Numbered from the stretch's first letter, positions 11,286-23,616 are shown. The stretch is 64,000 nt of DNA from Paramoeba atlantica (GCA_977017575.1 CDRNVI010000044.1:558001-622000), one strand, 5' to 3'. Made by a program: numbers and translations. Notes: generated by a model not told the origin, from the sequence alone.

Positions 11286-11882
11286 ATACTCGACACACTA
11301 GTTCACCAGGGAATCGCTATTGGTGTCTATCGAGGAGTCTGGGGTACGTAACTTAACGATATTCACACGTGTATTTGGTGTAGATGCAAAAGAAAAATAA
11401 TGTACATGAAATGTGGAAAAAGGTGAATAAAACTTCACATGAAAAAATAGTTTCATAGCAGACCCTAACCCCACCCCCCACGTTAACGCACCCAGTGAAG
11501 GTATCAATTGATTACGGCCGCCTGTACAATTTCGGCGTTGCCTTTCTGGGGTCGTCTTTCGTGCATGTAGTCTTCATAGTCCGCATACAAGTGCAAGGAT
11601 GTACGCAACCCCTACTCTCACTCCAACGGATACATGCTTTAAATGATCCTAGTGATTTAGAGGTCAGATAATCTCGTTTCTCCACGTCATAGCGCACCGA
11701 CATCTAGAGGGGAACATCAAGCCACAAGTACAATTACACAAATACATGTATAAATGTTTAATATTCCACATGCGTGTGTAGTTTACATGCAAAGTCCTGC
11801 TGACATACGTGGGATCAATTTCGAGCAAAATAAGGAGTTCACGCTCTTGTGCAGGGTATCGTCACCTTCTTTATTTCTCCTC

Positions 11883-13640
11883 TTATTCCTCATTACAACA
11901 GTAAAACTTTTTTTGGTCACTCGAACAGAATTCTGTAGAAGGATACAATACGGCATTGGTCAGTGTTTCTGGCGAGACAATTTCATTGCGCGAATGTACC
12001 GATCGCGCTTGAGGTAGGGGGGCAATACGTCCAATTTCCAACACGTATTCTGCCCAGGGAAGAGCCTCCTCAAAAATATGAGTTGCATACACTATAGTAA
12101 CTTTCACTCTCGTAGATAACTCGTAAAGAAAGCTCAGGAGTCGTTCTCTCTGCGCGAAGTCAAGCTCACTTGTGGCTTCATCGAGCAAGATTACAGGCCT
12201 CGGCTGCATGAGGTGTAGCAAAAATTGAATTCGTTTGCGCTCTCCACAACTCACCTCACGCACACGCCAAAGAAGATCAATTTCAAGCAGGTGAAGAAGG
12301 AAACAAAGATAGGGATCCTTCAAGAAAGCACTGATATTACCACCTGAAGTAATTTTACATTCACTTTGAATGAGATCCGAAACACGAAAGTTCCACTCCG
12401 GTTCCGAGTCATTCCACCACGTGCCTACGTGAGCTACCGCGCGTGAAGCCTCCAGGTCGTTAAAACACATAAAATCACCGATACGTAAGATACCATTTCT
12501 TTCTTTTTTAAGAAACGTCTTACTTGCGATCATTCGAAGCAGTGTACTCTTACCTGAGCCGTTGGGTCCTACAACAAGAACGCGAGAACCTGGTACGATA
12601 CTAAAGTTCACATTATGTAACAAAAAGAATTTGTTTGTGCTTTCCGAGTGGTCAGTCCCTGTCTTTGAACCGTGCTCTGTTTTTATTCTGCTATTACCCA
12701 CTGCGTGACAACTTGAATAGTCGTAGTAAAATGCATGTGCTGTTATCGTGCAGTCGTGCTTGAAACACAGGTTGTTGCGGTATGCATCTATCGCTTCCTT
12801 GGGCAAATCGATCTTGTTGAAAAAAGAGAGAGAACTCCGATGGCCACGTGGCTCAGAGATCTCGAGAGAGTCAGTTCGGTCAGGCATCCTCCTATGACAG
12901 AGATCGCGCAACAACTTGTGGACGTTACTAGCTTCGTGTAGCTTAGAAAAATGAACGAGTTTTCCTTGTATAAGCCCAGCTGCGTGCGTAGCCCATCGCA
13001 CAGCATCTTCCAAAATATGAGTCGCGAAAATTACAGTACTTTGCGAGGCTTGAGTACTTGCTTCTGTCTTCTGGAAAAGGTAACGTAGTAAGTTTTTTCT
13101 GTCATTTGCATCAATATCGTTCGAGCATTCATCAAGAAGGATCAGATCCGGATTAGTGGGCTGTAAAAGACTTAAAATAATTTGAATTTTGCGTCGCTGT
13201 CCTGAAGAGATGCGATCAATCCGCCAGGCCAAGGATACTTGTAGTAAGGCGCAGAGCTCGCGTGTAAGATCTTGATGCCTTGCTAAACTATTGGAAGGAA
13301 ATAGAAGATCCTTCACAGTTCCTGGCCAGTGCATGGACTCACTCCAACTATGGCCGATAAACGCAATGCGTGACGCTAAGTTCGTAGCCTTAAAAGCGTC
13401 CTGATTAAAGATTCGAGCAGTTCCGGACTGGGCGCAGCGAGAGCCTCGTATGATATCAAGCAAAGTTGATTTCCCGCTACCATTGCTTCCTAAGAGTAAA
13501 ACTCGAGAGCCGGGAATTACTTCTAGAGAAACACCCTGGAGAGCTTCTGTTTTTGAATTCGGGTAACTGTAGAAAACATCTTGGATGTTGACAGCCAGAT
13601 CAGTTTTCACGCTGTGCATTGAATTGACTTCGGACATCAT
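11883..13640 (-). CDS. Soluble tandem ABC ATPase, CAF16/ABCI-like
   Basis: Two NBDs: GSNGSGKST/ISSGQRRK/LLDEC/FATH and GPNGSGKST/VSCGERKR/LLDEA/YATHIFE. No TM segments. Confidence 0.88.
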   Translation of the reverse strand: MMSEVNSMHSVKTDLAVNIQDVFYSYPNSKTEALQGVSLEVIPGSRVLLLGSNGSGKSTLLDIIRGSRCAQSGTARIFNQDAFKATNLASRIAFIGHSWSESMHWPGTVKDLLFPSNSLARHQDLTRELCALLQVSLAWRIDRISSGQRRKIQIILSLLQPTNPDLILLDECSNDIDANDRKNLLRYLFQKTEASTQASQSTVIFATHILEDAVRWATHAAGLIQGKLVHFSKLHEASNVHKLLRDLCHRRMPDRTDSLEISEPRGHRSSLSFFNKIDLPKEAIDAYRNNLCFKHDCTITAHAFYYDYSSCHAVGNSRIKTEHGSKTGTDHSESTNKFFLLHNVNFSIVPGSRVLVVGPNGSGKSTLLRMIASKTFLKKERNGILRIGDFMCFNDLEASRAVAHVGTWWNDSEPEWNFRVSDLIQSECKITSGGNISAFLKDPYLCFLLHLLEIDLLWRVREVSCGERKRIQFLLHLMQPRPVILLDEATSELDFAQRERLLSFLYELSTRVKVTIVYATHIFEEALPWAEYVLEIGRIAPLPQARSVHSRNEIVSPETLTNAVLYPSTEFCSSDQKKFYCCNEE

Positions 13641-13988
13641 TATGCTGAATCACTGACGCCAGTGCGATATAAGGAGAACGCAATAATGTGTTTTCGCGGT
13701 ACAAAAAATTCATCTTACGAAAGTAAAAATATCATATTTTTGAAACGAGTATTACACAATACGTTATTTCATATGTCATGACTCAAGAATCCTATCAACT
13801 AAAAAAAGCACGTTTGCTTTAAGGAAACGACTTTTCAGAATGTGAATACAAATATAGTGATCCGGTTTGTCCTGAAGAGCGTGCGTTTTAAGTATACTAC
13901 ACACCATCAAAAAACAACCAGAGCCAGGAGGAATAATATAAGAACACACGATTGTCACCCCAATACCCTACCTATCCCCGGTCGAGCC

Positions 13989-15608
13989 CTACTGTGGTGC
14001 CGGATACACCGAAGGGTACATCGCCACATTCTGCGGGGGAGTACCCCCCTGCGCCATTTTCAGCTGCCTTTGCAGCATCTCAATTTGCTGACGCTGCTGT
14101 TCCATAATCGCAGCAGGTGAGGTCCCCATTGCCTCAGGAGGAGTCGCCGAACCTCCTTTTCCCATGGATCTACCACCCCCGGCCGGATGATTCGACCCAC
14201 TATACCCGCTACCGTACGGAACACCACCATGAGGGAGGATACTCCGTGTCGATCCCACCATGTGCGGACCCGACCCCCCATGGGGCCTTTCCGCCGCGTA
14301 TCCTCCCGGCACACCCCCGGATACCCCATTCGGGGCATTATCCCCTCCCTGTCCTCGCGACCGGGCGTCGCCTCCCGCTCTCGAAGAGGCCTCCCCCTCC
14401 CTACCCCCCTCCCTCGCCCCCGCCACCCCGGTACTTATGGCCACAAACGCCCGACCCGGGTCCGTACTCTCCCGGTCCCGTCGGGACATGGTACGCAGAC
14501 ACGTTGTGGTGTCCAGTACACTACACAGCGCCTTCCCGTGCGCCGCCGGGATCTCCTCCCCATCCGGGGTATCCTCCACGGAGGCATTCTCCAGCTCCTC
14601 CGGGAGCAACCCCGGGTGGGTCGCCAGCCCCTGGAACGCAACCCCCCCGACCCGGACCCAGGCCACGGGACACACCCGTGTCCAGGTCTCCGGGAGACCC
14701 AGGCGTGTTCCTTTGCTCCCCTTCCCTTTGTTGGTTTCCCTTTGGGATTTCATAAAGGTCTCACGGGTCGTCACCTCCCCGCAGACATAGAGGTACCCCA
14801 CAAATTTTTGGATCCCCTCACAGCCGACGATGAGGACCACAGGCCGAGGCTGGTCCTCGGTGCTGCGTGCGTACAGTTTCTGTACCTTCTCTGCGGTGGT
14901 GGGGTTCAACAAGGGCCAGAGCCCGAGCTCAGCGGAGTATAAGACCGTGGAGAGCTCCGGGACCCGGCACACGAGGTAGGAGGCAAAGGAGGACTCGAGG
15001 GCGCGGAAGGAGAGGGACATCTCGGAGGTGGAGCGGTAGAGCGACTCGACGAGTCGCATCGGGCCCAGGTAGGTGAGGTCGTCGTTTTTTTCATCCGGGG
15101 GGGAGGCAGGGGGGGGGAGGGGGTCGTGAGGAGGGGAGGTCGCGGGGAGGGGCGTGTTGGAGCGGTGGGGGTCGTCCGGGGAGGGGGTGGGGAGATCTGG
15201 AAATGTGGGCTCAGGGTCGGGTAAAACCAAACTGGTGCTGATAAGAATGGTTGGCGGGGTTGAGGAGTCGGGTTTGTGGCGGGTATCGGGAGCGGGATTA
15301 TCCTGTACAGGTATTTGAGGTTGTTCCAGCGCGTGCGTGTAACTCTCCTCCGTGTAATACTCGACGTAACCCAGTGCCAGCTCCCCGGGATCTCCTAACG
15401 TGAGAATTTGCGTGTCGGCGACTTTGCCGGAGCCGAAGCGTTGCTCGAGGGTTGCAAGCAGGTCCTGCGGGCTCATGTCAGAGGGAATTTGGTGAAGGTA
15501 AAGTCGGTGAGTTCCGGGGATGTGAGATTCCGCGGGCACTGTAGAACTGATGTCCAGTGCATGGGGGTCGGACGAGGAAGGGTTGGGGTCTTCTATGGGT
15601 TCCTCCAT
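13989..15608 (-). CDS. RRM plus divergent YTH-like domain protein with low-complexity tails
   Basis: RRM-like RLYLHQIP..LGYVEYYTEESYTHAL. YTH-like SYLVCRV..SAELGLW..KVQKL..VVLIV..KFVGY..TW..CPVAWV..DGEEIP..GKALC. Confidence 0.65.
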   Translation of the reverse strand: MEEPIEDPNPSSSDPHALDISSTVPAESHIPGTHRLYLHQIPSDMSPQDLLATLEQRFGSGKVADTQILTLGDPGELALGYVEYYTEESYTHALEQPQIPVQDNPAPDTRHKPDSSTPPTILISTSLVLPDPEPTFPDLPTPSPDDPHRSNTPLPATSPPHDPLPPPASPPDEKNDDLTYLGPMRLVESLYRSTSEMSLSFRALESSFASYLVCRVPELSTVLYSAELGLWPLLNPTTAEKVQKLYARSTEDQPRPVVLIVGCEGIQKFVGYLYVCGEVTTRETFMKSQRETNKGKGSKGTRLGLPETWTRVCPVAWVRVGGVAFQGLATHPGLLPEELENASVEDTPDGEEIPAAHGKALCSVLDTTTCLRTMSRRDRESTDPGRAFVAISTGVAGAREGGREGEASSRAGGDARSRGQGGDNAPNGVSGGVPGGYAAERPHGGSGPHMVGSTRSILPHGGVPYGSGYSGSNHPAGGGRSMGKGGSATPPEAMGTSPAAIMEQQRQQIEMLQRQLKMAQGGTPPQNVAMYPSVYPAPQ

Positions 15609-15867
15609 AGTGAAATGGTTTGTAGTAAATCAGTGAGATCGATTTGAATGCCAAATAAAAACAGGTGGACGACTCTTAATTACATTATAGTTAGTAATTC
15701 AGTCACACAGTTTTGGATGCAGTGTCTAGCTGTTTTAATGATTTTGTACAAAAATGTTATCTATGAATATACAATGTACTACTGGGATTAGGTTGTGTGG
15801 TGTGTGCCCAGACATGTACTCGCCCTACTCCAATACTTTCGTCGCGATCCACACCATCTCATACGGG

Positions 15868-16704
15868 CTATGTGCGAACAACTACGTGACAGCTCTCTGT
15901 TTCGTAATCGTATTCCAAGGTAAGACTCGCGGCACCGTGAAATAAGATAAACTCTTCCAAAGGACCATACTTCTGCTCATCACTCTCAACCCACTTCAAG
16001 ATTTTCATGAACTCATTCATGGGGAGTCGCCGAATTGGGCTCGATTCTGTTTCCGAAATCCATTTTCGAAACCCAGCGTGAGAGAGAACACGGCAACGAA
16101 ACATTTCAAAACGCACACCAAAGGGCACACGAGTCTGCATCTCAAACATTATCATTTCAACATCTGTCGCATTTTCCCAATCCTCCTCGAAGTGAGCCAG
16201 AATGGAGCCTGTTCCTGTTTCTTTTCCCTCCTTCTCCGTACCCTCATTCATATTTTGGTTAAGCTTTTCTTTCCACTGCTGTTTCAGACGCTCAACATCC
16301 TCCGCCGTGTAGCAGTGGAGGTAGAGAAATTTATCACTCCAGGAGCGAACGATCGCCATTTCATACATTCGTGCCAGAAGTGTGTTGCCTAGTCGCTGCT
16401 GGAGGTCGGACCAAATCTCCGTGTCGCAGGACTCATGACTGAGGCCATGGAGCACTACAGGATGGACCTGGGGCGAGGCTATAGTCTGAGATGCGGGGAG
16501 TACAACTTTGTGTAGACTTTTAAGAGACTTGGGCGCGACGTAAGTCATCGAGTAGGGTTCGTTCCATGCCTTTGGATGACGCTTACCAGGGTGCACGACG
16601 GTCTTCTTTGGAGGAGATTCCGACTCGGGGGAGGAGGCCCGGTCATCTGGATGTGACCCTCCTGTTTCGGCGTGTTTTGTCATACGCCGAGTTCGACGCG
16701 GCAT
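15868..16704 (-). CDS. Hypothetical protein, possible degenerate RRM
   Basis: 278-aa ATG ORF. VVLHGLS..FLYLHCYTAEDVERL is weakly RRM-like. Confidence 0.7.
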   Translation of the reverse strand: MPRRTRRMTKHAETGGSHPDDRASSPESESPPKKTVVHPGKRHPKAWNEPYSMTYVAPKSLKSLHKVVLPASQTIASPQVHPVVLHGLSHESCDTEIWSDLQQRLGNTLLARMYEMAIVRSWSDKFLYLHCYTAEDVERLKQQWKEKLNQNMNEGTEKEGKETGTGSILAHFEEDWENATDVEMIMFEMQTRVPFGVRFEMFRCRVLSHAGFRKWISETESSPIRRLPMNEFMKILKWVESDEQKYGPLEEFILFHGAASLTLEYDYETESCHVVVRT

Positions 16705-16978
16705 TGGACGTAATGTAAACGGTGTCTATTAGAAGAGTGCAAAACAGTACAAAACACTTCTTTGTTATAAAAGAATATAAATTATAAAGAATGTAAATTT
16801 AAGAATGTATATATGAAATGGGAATATTTTCCGATTAGCATATCCTTAAGAAGCGAAGAGATTTTTCGTTTTGGCATGCGAATAAAAAATGTTAAACAGA
16901 GTTAAGGTTACGTAGTTGGTATACCGGTTGGCATGCGACGTATTGGGCTTAATAATCCCACTATCTTCTGGATTCAGT

Positions 16979-17680
16979 TCATTTTCCACGAGTTTTGGAT
17001 TTAAACCTTTTCTGAACTTTTACATCGTCGCACTCACGTAGGATCCTTTCGCGCGCCATCTCCGCGATGGTCTCGTAAAAGTATCGATATCGAAGTTTTT
17101 TGCCTTCGGCAAATTCTTTGAATTTTTTTTTGCTGGCTTCGTCTAGATTCTTCCATTTCTGCGAGGCGAGCATCTTTTTGTAAGACAGATCGCTTAATTT
17201 TGAAGTCATAGGCAACGTAGGCAGCTTATCCCAAACAGCGCGACGGAATTCGTAGAAACTTCGTGACTTACGGTCTTGAATAATTTGATAAACTTTGTTA
17301 GAAAATGTACGCATCATTTCAGACCGAGCCTTGTACTCATCTTTAATATCCGGTGGGAGAGCATTATATATTTCAGTCCATTTGAGTTGGCGCGACTGAT
17401 TATCCTCGAATCGTTTCTGTTGTGGGGTAACTTCGTTTGGATTGGACGCATTCAAAAAGGGCATCTGATCGTTGCGAAATATGCCGACAGGGTTGACTTG
17501 GTAAGTACCCAAAATTTGTCGATAGTTGTGATGAACAAACTTCTCCATCCTTTTCGAATCAGTCGCTATACGCATAAGTTCTACTCCAGCCTTCCGATAT
17601 GAAGCGTGGTCACTTCGATTTTTTCGGTCGTACAGTTTTACTTGCTTTTGTACTAAGAGTCTTAGCGGTTGGTAGGGCAT
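16979..17680 (-). CDS. Basic HMG-box-like protein (KAP/TFAM-like)
   Basis: Two HMG-like segments: YNALPPDIKDEYKARSE and WKNLDEASKKKFKEFAE. Lys/Arg-rich. Confidence 0.6.
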   Translation of the reverse strand: MPYQPLRLLVQKQVKLYDRKNRSDHASYRKAGVELMRIATDSKRMEKFVHHNYRQILGTYQVNPVGIFRNDQMPFLNASNPNEVTPQQKRFEDNQSRQLKWTEIYNALPPDIKDEYKARSEMMRTFSNKVYQIIQDRKSRSFYEFRRAVWDKLPTLPMTSKLSDLSYKKMLASQKWKNLDEASKKKFKEFAEGKKLRYRYFYETIAEMARERILRECDDVKVQKRFKSKTRGK

Positions 17681-18012
17681 ATAAATATACAAATATACGT
17701 TCTTAAATATACGTTCTTTAAATAGAAAACATTTTTATCCTTCTAATTGAAATATGACGTATGTATGCGAAATTGTAGTTGTAAAATATGTAAGTACAAT
17801 AAATTGATCTGATTCTTTATCTCTTGATTAGTAAAATGCGTTGAATGAACGGTTGAACACATGTAGAAACTAAAGAAAGAACTATATTTTTTATGAATAC
17901 CGTCGATGGCACGTCAATACATTATTTTCTTCCGCTGTCACGGAATTCACCTGCTTCGTACTTAACTCACTTTCTTCACCTCCAGCAAAACGAACACTGC
18001 ATGTATAAAGAC

Positions 18013-18465
18013 TTACAAGCGACGACCACGGCGCCCTCCCTTGCGTCGAGTACTATCCGTGGGCACTGGAGTGGTATCCTCGATACGACCAATTTTAATT
18101 CCACTGCGCGCAATGGCACGCAGCGCACTTTGAGCTCCGGGGCCAAAGGTCTTCGACCCCACACCACCTCTAGCACGCATCTTAATGTGTACGGCCGTGA
18201 TGCCACACTCCTTGCAGCGGGCAGCAACATCTTGAGCGGCCTGCATAGCAGCATAGGGGCTGTTCTCATCGCGGTCTGCTTTTACTTTCATCCCCCCTGT
18301 GACTTTGCAAATCGTCTCCCGGCCGGTGAGATCGGTCACGTGAACAAACGTGTCGTTGGAGCTGGCGTAGATGTGGAGCATCCCGAACACGTTGGTGTCA
18401 GGCTCGACATTGGGCCCATAGCGCCGGGTCTCTTCCTTCTTTTCCTTTGTGACTTTTCTGGACAT
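18013..18465 (-). CDS. RPS14: 40S ribosomal protein S14 (uS11)
   Basis: [53 protein letters not shown]. Confidence 0.99.
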   Translation of the reverse strand: MSRKVTKEKKEETRRYGPNVEPDTNVFGMLHIYASSNDTFVHVTDLTGRETICKVTGGMKVKADRDENSPYAAMQAAQDVAARCKECGITAVHIKMRARGGVGSKTFGPGAQSALRAIARSGIKIGRIEDTTPVPTDSTRRKGGRRGRRL

Positions 18466-19014
18466 GGCAAAGCTTGATGACGGAACTGAAAAGCTAAAAA
18501 AAATCTATGCTAATTAAAACAACAATCCTCAGTTTGGCCAAAGCTAAGTGAGTTTTACGGTAGAGCAGCGAAATCGTTGTTCTGCTATCTCTAAAAATTT
18601 ACAGTTTGAAATATAAAAGTATTGATACTAACGAAAAAAGATTGGCTAAATTACAATAAGACCAAAACAAACACGAGAAAAAAATAACTTAGTGCACGGG
18701 CGCAATGAAAAGCATGCAGACATACATTGTAACACCATACCGTATTTTGTATTGCAAAGCGTGCTACATACAGTACAGTGAACAGATCAGCGCTTTTCTA
18801 AGATTCAAATCCGCTTTACAGCCGCCCATAACAAACAACTACCTAAGAACTCCTCAACCAAAGACTCTTAAACGCACATACCCTTTCAACAATCGAATTT
18901 ACCGTATTCCGCATCAAAATACAAAACAAGGCTCTTGGCCCATTGAACAAAAACAAAGTAACTCAGCTTTTCACTTCACCACACGCCGCACGAGACACCC
19001 CCTTTTCTTTCCTC

Positions 19015-19461
19015 TTACGCCTGGGGGCACTCCCGAGCGAAGTGACCCGACTCGCCACACTTGAAGCAGTTGCCACCGCCACCGCCACGGCCGCGGCCTC
19101 CTCCGTATCCCCCGCGGGACCCGCCGCTGCCCTGGGGACACTCGCGGCTGATGTGTCCCTGCTGGCCACAGTTGTAGCAGGAGCGGTTTCCGTAGCCCCC
19201 ACCGCGCTGGCCGTCGCCCTGCTGGGCCTGGGGACACTCGCGGCTAATGTGTCCGTACTCGCCGCAGTTGTAGCAGCGGAGGTTACCGCCTCCTCGGCTG
19301 GAGTTGTTGTTTCCGCCCTCGGGGCAGTTACGCGCCAGGTGTCCCGTCTTCCCGCAGTTGTAGCAGGCACCGCCAGAGGAGCCAGAGTTGCCGCTGTTGG
19401 TGGGGCACTCACGCGCTAAGTGGCCGGACTCTCCGCAGTTGTAACAGTTACCGCTGGACAT
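19015..19461 (-). CDS. Five-CCHC zinc-knuckle nucleic-acid-binding protein (UMSBP/CNBP family), copy A
   Basis: Five C-x2-C-x4-H-x4-C motifs with Gly/RGG linkers. ATG (MSSGNC) at 19461. Confidence 0.93.
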   Translation of the reverse strand: MSSGNCYNCGESGHLARECPTNSGNSGSSGGACYNCGKTGHLARNCPEGGNNNSSRGGGNLRCYNCGEYGHISRECPQAQQGDGQRGGGYGNRSCYNCGQQGHISRECPQGSGGSRGGYGGGRGRGGGGGNCFKCGESGHFARECPQA

Positions 19462-20336
19462 GGAGGAGGGAGTAAAAGTGTAGGAAAAATCGGGGAGCTT
19501 GGAAGGAAAAAGAAGATTTACGTTCATAAATTGACCACTCAATGTGGTGCAATCAACTAGATTGCCAATGGTGTCTAGTCCTGTCATAAAACACATGCTG
19601 CTCGATCTTGTATACTGCTAATATACAGTTAATTCACTAGTAAACATTTTTCGAGTGGGAGTTCCATTGTAGCACATCCATATGCTCGCAGGACAATGTA
19701 AATTCTTCCATTGTGCAACTTTTCTAGTTATTAAAATGATTGTATTTACTACGAGCTGAGTGTAGTACTATGCTTGCAGTCCACGAAGGTCATTTCTTAA
19801 CACTCTACAGTACTTACTGTGAAGCACTCTATAGTATTTTACTCTATCAAACGGAAAAAGAAGAAGCCTATCAAGGGCATCACCCTTTTCCAGCTCTGTA
19901 CTGAGTCCGGGACCGACAGCGGCGAATTTGTTTTGAACACGTTTGAACTCACACATCGAATTCCCTTAGCCTCCAGAAAAGTTAAAAAGCCGGCCAACCC
20001 GAGGAACTCATACTCTTTACAACGTACGTCAAACCAGCAAAAACAGAATTTGGAAATGTTCTACAAAGCTAATGTTCCTATCAGCCAACCAGTTACATTC
20101 GTTTATCAAACTACTCACGAACAAGCGGTAAAAAGAGACCTAAAAGCCGGATTTTTCCAAGTGGAGCTTCCGCGTCGACCGCGCGCAACAAAAGACTAAC
20201 AGTTCCTTCCGTGTTAAAGATGAATGATCTACTGGAGAACGGTAAAGCTATGTGTTCGTGCTCTGAGAATACATGAGAAGAATACGTAAATTGCACGAAT
20301 TTTAAATGGGAAGGTGAGACTTGCAAGGAACGCGAG

Positions 20337-20561
20337 TGGTGGGAGAACACAGGACGATTTATGTTCCCAGAGGTGTACAGACTTGCGCGCTGTTATTTTT
20401 GGATACCCCCTGTTGTTACTTATTGCGATTCGATACTTTCGATAATGAGTCACAAGTTTGATTCACAGCGAGCTTCAATTTCCCCGCAAACTGTAGCACT
20501 ACAAATGTTCCTGCATGCCAATATTGATCAAGTTGCTAAGATAACAAATATCTTCATGTAG
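20337..20561 (+). mobile_element. hAT transposase C-terminal dimerisation-domain remnant
   Basis: WWENTGRFMFPEVYRLARCYFWIPP..SIMSHKFDSQRASISPQTVALQMFLHAN fits hATC WW..FP.L..LAR..L.IP..R..L.P.T...FL..N. ORF 19819-20199 may be an upstream part. Confidence 0.75.
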
Positions 20562-22093
20562 AAGCGCTTTTGTACCAAACCGATGGAGGTATGGCATAGA
20601 CTTCTTAGAATTTAGATCTAAAAATTTATTGCGTGTATGCTATTCTCGGCTTCTGATGCGAGTCCCAATATTCTTTCATGGCATGTGTGCATGTTATTCT
20701 CAGCTCCAGATGCGATTCATAAAATTCTTTTATAGTATACCTTCCAACGTAGCTATTCAAACCATGTTGTATTGTTATTATCACACATCGTTGGCGACGA
20801 ACCAACATGGTTTACCGCTCAGTGAAATGGTTTATTTGGCTTATTGGTTAGTTTACCACATAGGTATGTATTTACTCTACCTTTTTGGTTAAAAAAATCG
20901 GTCAAATTTTTTTCGGACATTTTTTTTCAAAACGGCACTATAAGTGGGGGGTACCCCGCGGCACTATACAACACAATACAATAAGTGGCGGGGGGCACAG
21001 TAATACTAAAATCTGTATTAATTCGAAAACATTTGATCGAACAGAAATCTCTGCTAAAAAACAAAAATGCGCCGCAGGCGAAATTCTCCTTCGTTATTCA
21101 ATTTTTATGTATTTTCTCAAAAAGTTTATGCTCTGTTTTCTCGAGTTTTATTTGGAAAAATGCACTGCCACTCCATTGATGGTAAACACGCCGACCAACT
21201 AGTTCTCACACAGTTCTTCAACACGGGGAACCTGACTTAACCTTTTTAAGTATGAATCTTAGGAAAAAGGTGATTTTGATAGTAACCCGCCGACACTTTA
21301 CTATCAAACATTTTGGGGTTGACACTTTAATATCAAAATTGCCAGCAAACTTTGATTTTGAAATTGGGGTGACCCCAGGTTTACAACAAGCTTTGCGGCA
21401 CAGAATTTCAGCCGAGCAACGCCGGAGGGTAAGCGGTCAGATACGACCCGCAGTACAGTTTTGCGAAGGGCGAGAGGACCCCGACGCCCTTCGGCGGACC
21501 TTTCACGACTACGAGAAGCACCTGGCGGCATCGGTACGAAGACGAACGACGGCAGCATGTGAATGGTTCCAGATGGCGATGGAGGGTGCGCTCGCCAAAG
21601 AATTTGCTTCGGCCTTATGTAAGCTTTGCGTTAGTAATTTGAATTACGAATTATCCAACCATATATTTTATGTGTAGTATACTTCTTGTTTTGGTTATCC
21701 ACGATGCCTTTTTGGTTGGTTGCACGAAGCCTTTGCATAGCCTGCTCTTCTTATCTGACGGGACCCCAGGTTGATTGACGGCTGAGCATACATGTATGGA
21801 TCGCCCCCAGACGGGACTCGGGGAAAATGATTTTGTTTGTCTACTGATCCATTCTTTTAAGAGATAAATCTGTGAGCCCAGTTACTCCGTTTTGTGTTGC
21901 CGTACGCTACTACATGTAACCATAAAACCGCTGAGTTATCCGACGAATTAGAGGGCTGAAACCAGTAAAATGCAAACCCAGGCAAACCCAGTCAGGTCCC
22001 AAGAGAAACCAATGGCGAAGGTACTTGGCGTTTTTCCGGCTATGGAGTTCGCTGGAGAATCCGGGTGGGTCTAATGGGCTCCAAGGGGATATA

Positions 22094-22886
22094 CAGTCCA
22101 GGTATTGGTTTCCCCCCAGGCTCCAGAACACACCGTAAGAGCTTTTGACCTAATTCCTTCGGCATTCGACAGATCTCGAAAAACTAGAGCGTTTCCCACA
22201 GTTGCTTTGCCTATAATCCACCCTGGGTCCTAGGTGGGAGTGGTGAAAGTTGGCAAAATTCAAAAAAAAAAATTTGAGGGGGGGGGTAAAAATTGAAAAA
22301 AATGTGTATACGGTGGTAGATTCCTATAGGTGGTAGATTCCTATATACAATGGTCCCCTTGAACGCTCCGTACAATTCGCAAGCGTTTAGGAACCGAATT
22401 TATACAAACTAAGTATTGGAGTCGATAAGGATGACGCTTAAGCATCATAAAGGCTTTATCGCCTTCCGGAGCTATTTTTCAGTCTCTGGTTTCAAATTTT
22501 CCTTCACAATTCGGTCAAGGCGCTCTGGGAGTGCACATCGTGACGCCTTATGGGTAATAGGGGGTATATTGCTTTTCGGCGAGTTGTACTGACCTTTAGT
22601 ACTGATCTTTAGTAGATTTGACGGGAGTATCCCTCAAATTCATAGAATGAGAAACCATATTCGAATAAAAAACTCCCAAATTTTTGAAATATTGGGATTC
22701 TGTAGTAAAATCATGCCATTTTTTCGTGTTTTTTCTAAATAGTTTTGACCCAGGGGGGGGGGGTGATAGGCAAACAAACGGTGGTAAACGCTCTAGTTTT
22801 TCGAGATCTGTTCAATGCCGAAGGAATTAGATCAAAAGCTCTTACGGTGTGTTCTGGAGCCTGGGGGGGATCCAGTACCTGGACTG
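22094..22886. mobile_element. Second Tc1/mariner-type MITE, 793 bp, with ~136-bp TIRs
   Basis: TA|CAGTCCAGGTA at 22092 and TACCTGGACTG|TA ending 22888. Arms 22094-22229 and 22747-22886 are diverged reverse complements. Confidence 0.85.
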
Positions 22887-23616
22887 TACGTATGGAGAGT
22901 ATAGTGGGGGGCGAAGCCGGGTCCAGGTTGGGGGTGCAGGAGGGTGCAGGAGGGTGCAGAGAGTGTGTAGGGAGCGAGTACCCTGTAATGGGGTGTCTCC
23001 CCTGAGGTACGTGAGTGGAAACACTCATTCATCTTGCCGCTGGAAGGTGGCCACCTCACTCGATCAAGAAAAGCCTGCCGGTTGAAAACCGGGTGGTGGT
23101 CGAGGCGGCTGTGGCAAAGATTTCCCCATCAAATAAGAAAAAGGAACAAAGGTATTTGCTAGGACCGAGATCTATCAAATACAATAAAAACAAGCTAAAG
23201 TCCGAGAGAAAATATTTTGACAAAGCATAAAACGACAAAAAAAGCGAGAAGAAATGATGTGTTTCAGACAAATGACCCCCCAAAAAACCAAGTATTTTGG
23301 ACCCAGGGGAAGCCAGGGGGTCCCTACATAAACAAGGCGGCAAAACTTTTGACCAGAGGAACGAGATCTATCCAATCCTGCAAAAATGAGAAAAAACAGA
23401 TAAAAAAATCAAATTTCCGCAAGGGGGAAGATATCTTGAAACCACTGTACAACATAGAAAATTGGGGTGAAAGTAAAGGAAAATTCGCTTTTTTATGACT
23501 TTTTAGCTTGATGTTGTTCTTTTCAACAAAAAGACATTATCTACGTAGGGGGTCATTTTACACCCTTTATCCGTTATTTTCCATGGTATGCCAGGGGTTT
23601 CGGGGGTTTTCTTGTC

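Noticed and set aside
11460-11480. ccctaacccc telomere-like unit
   Set aside because: Single copy.
14872-14885. tacagtttctgtac matches the conserved spliced-leader core
   Set aside because: Lies antisense within a CDS (KVQKLY) with no flanking SL sequence or GT donor; treated as chance.
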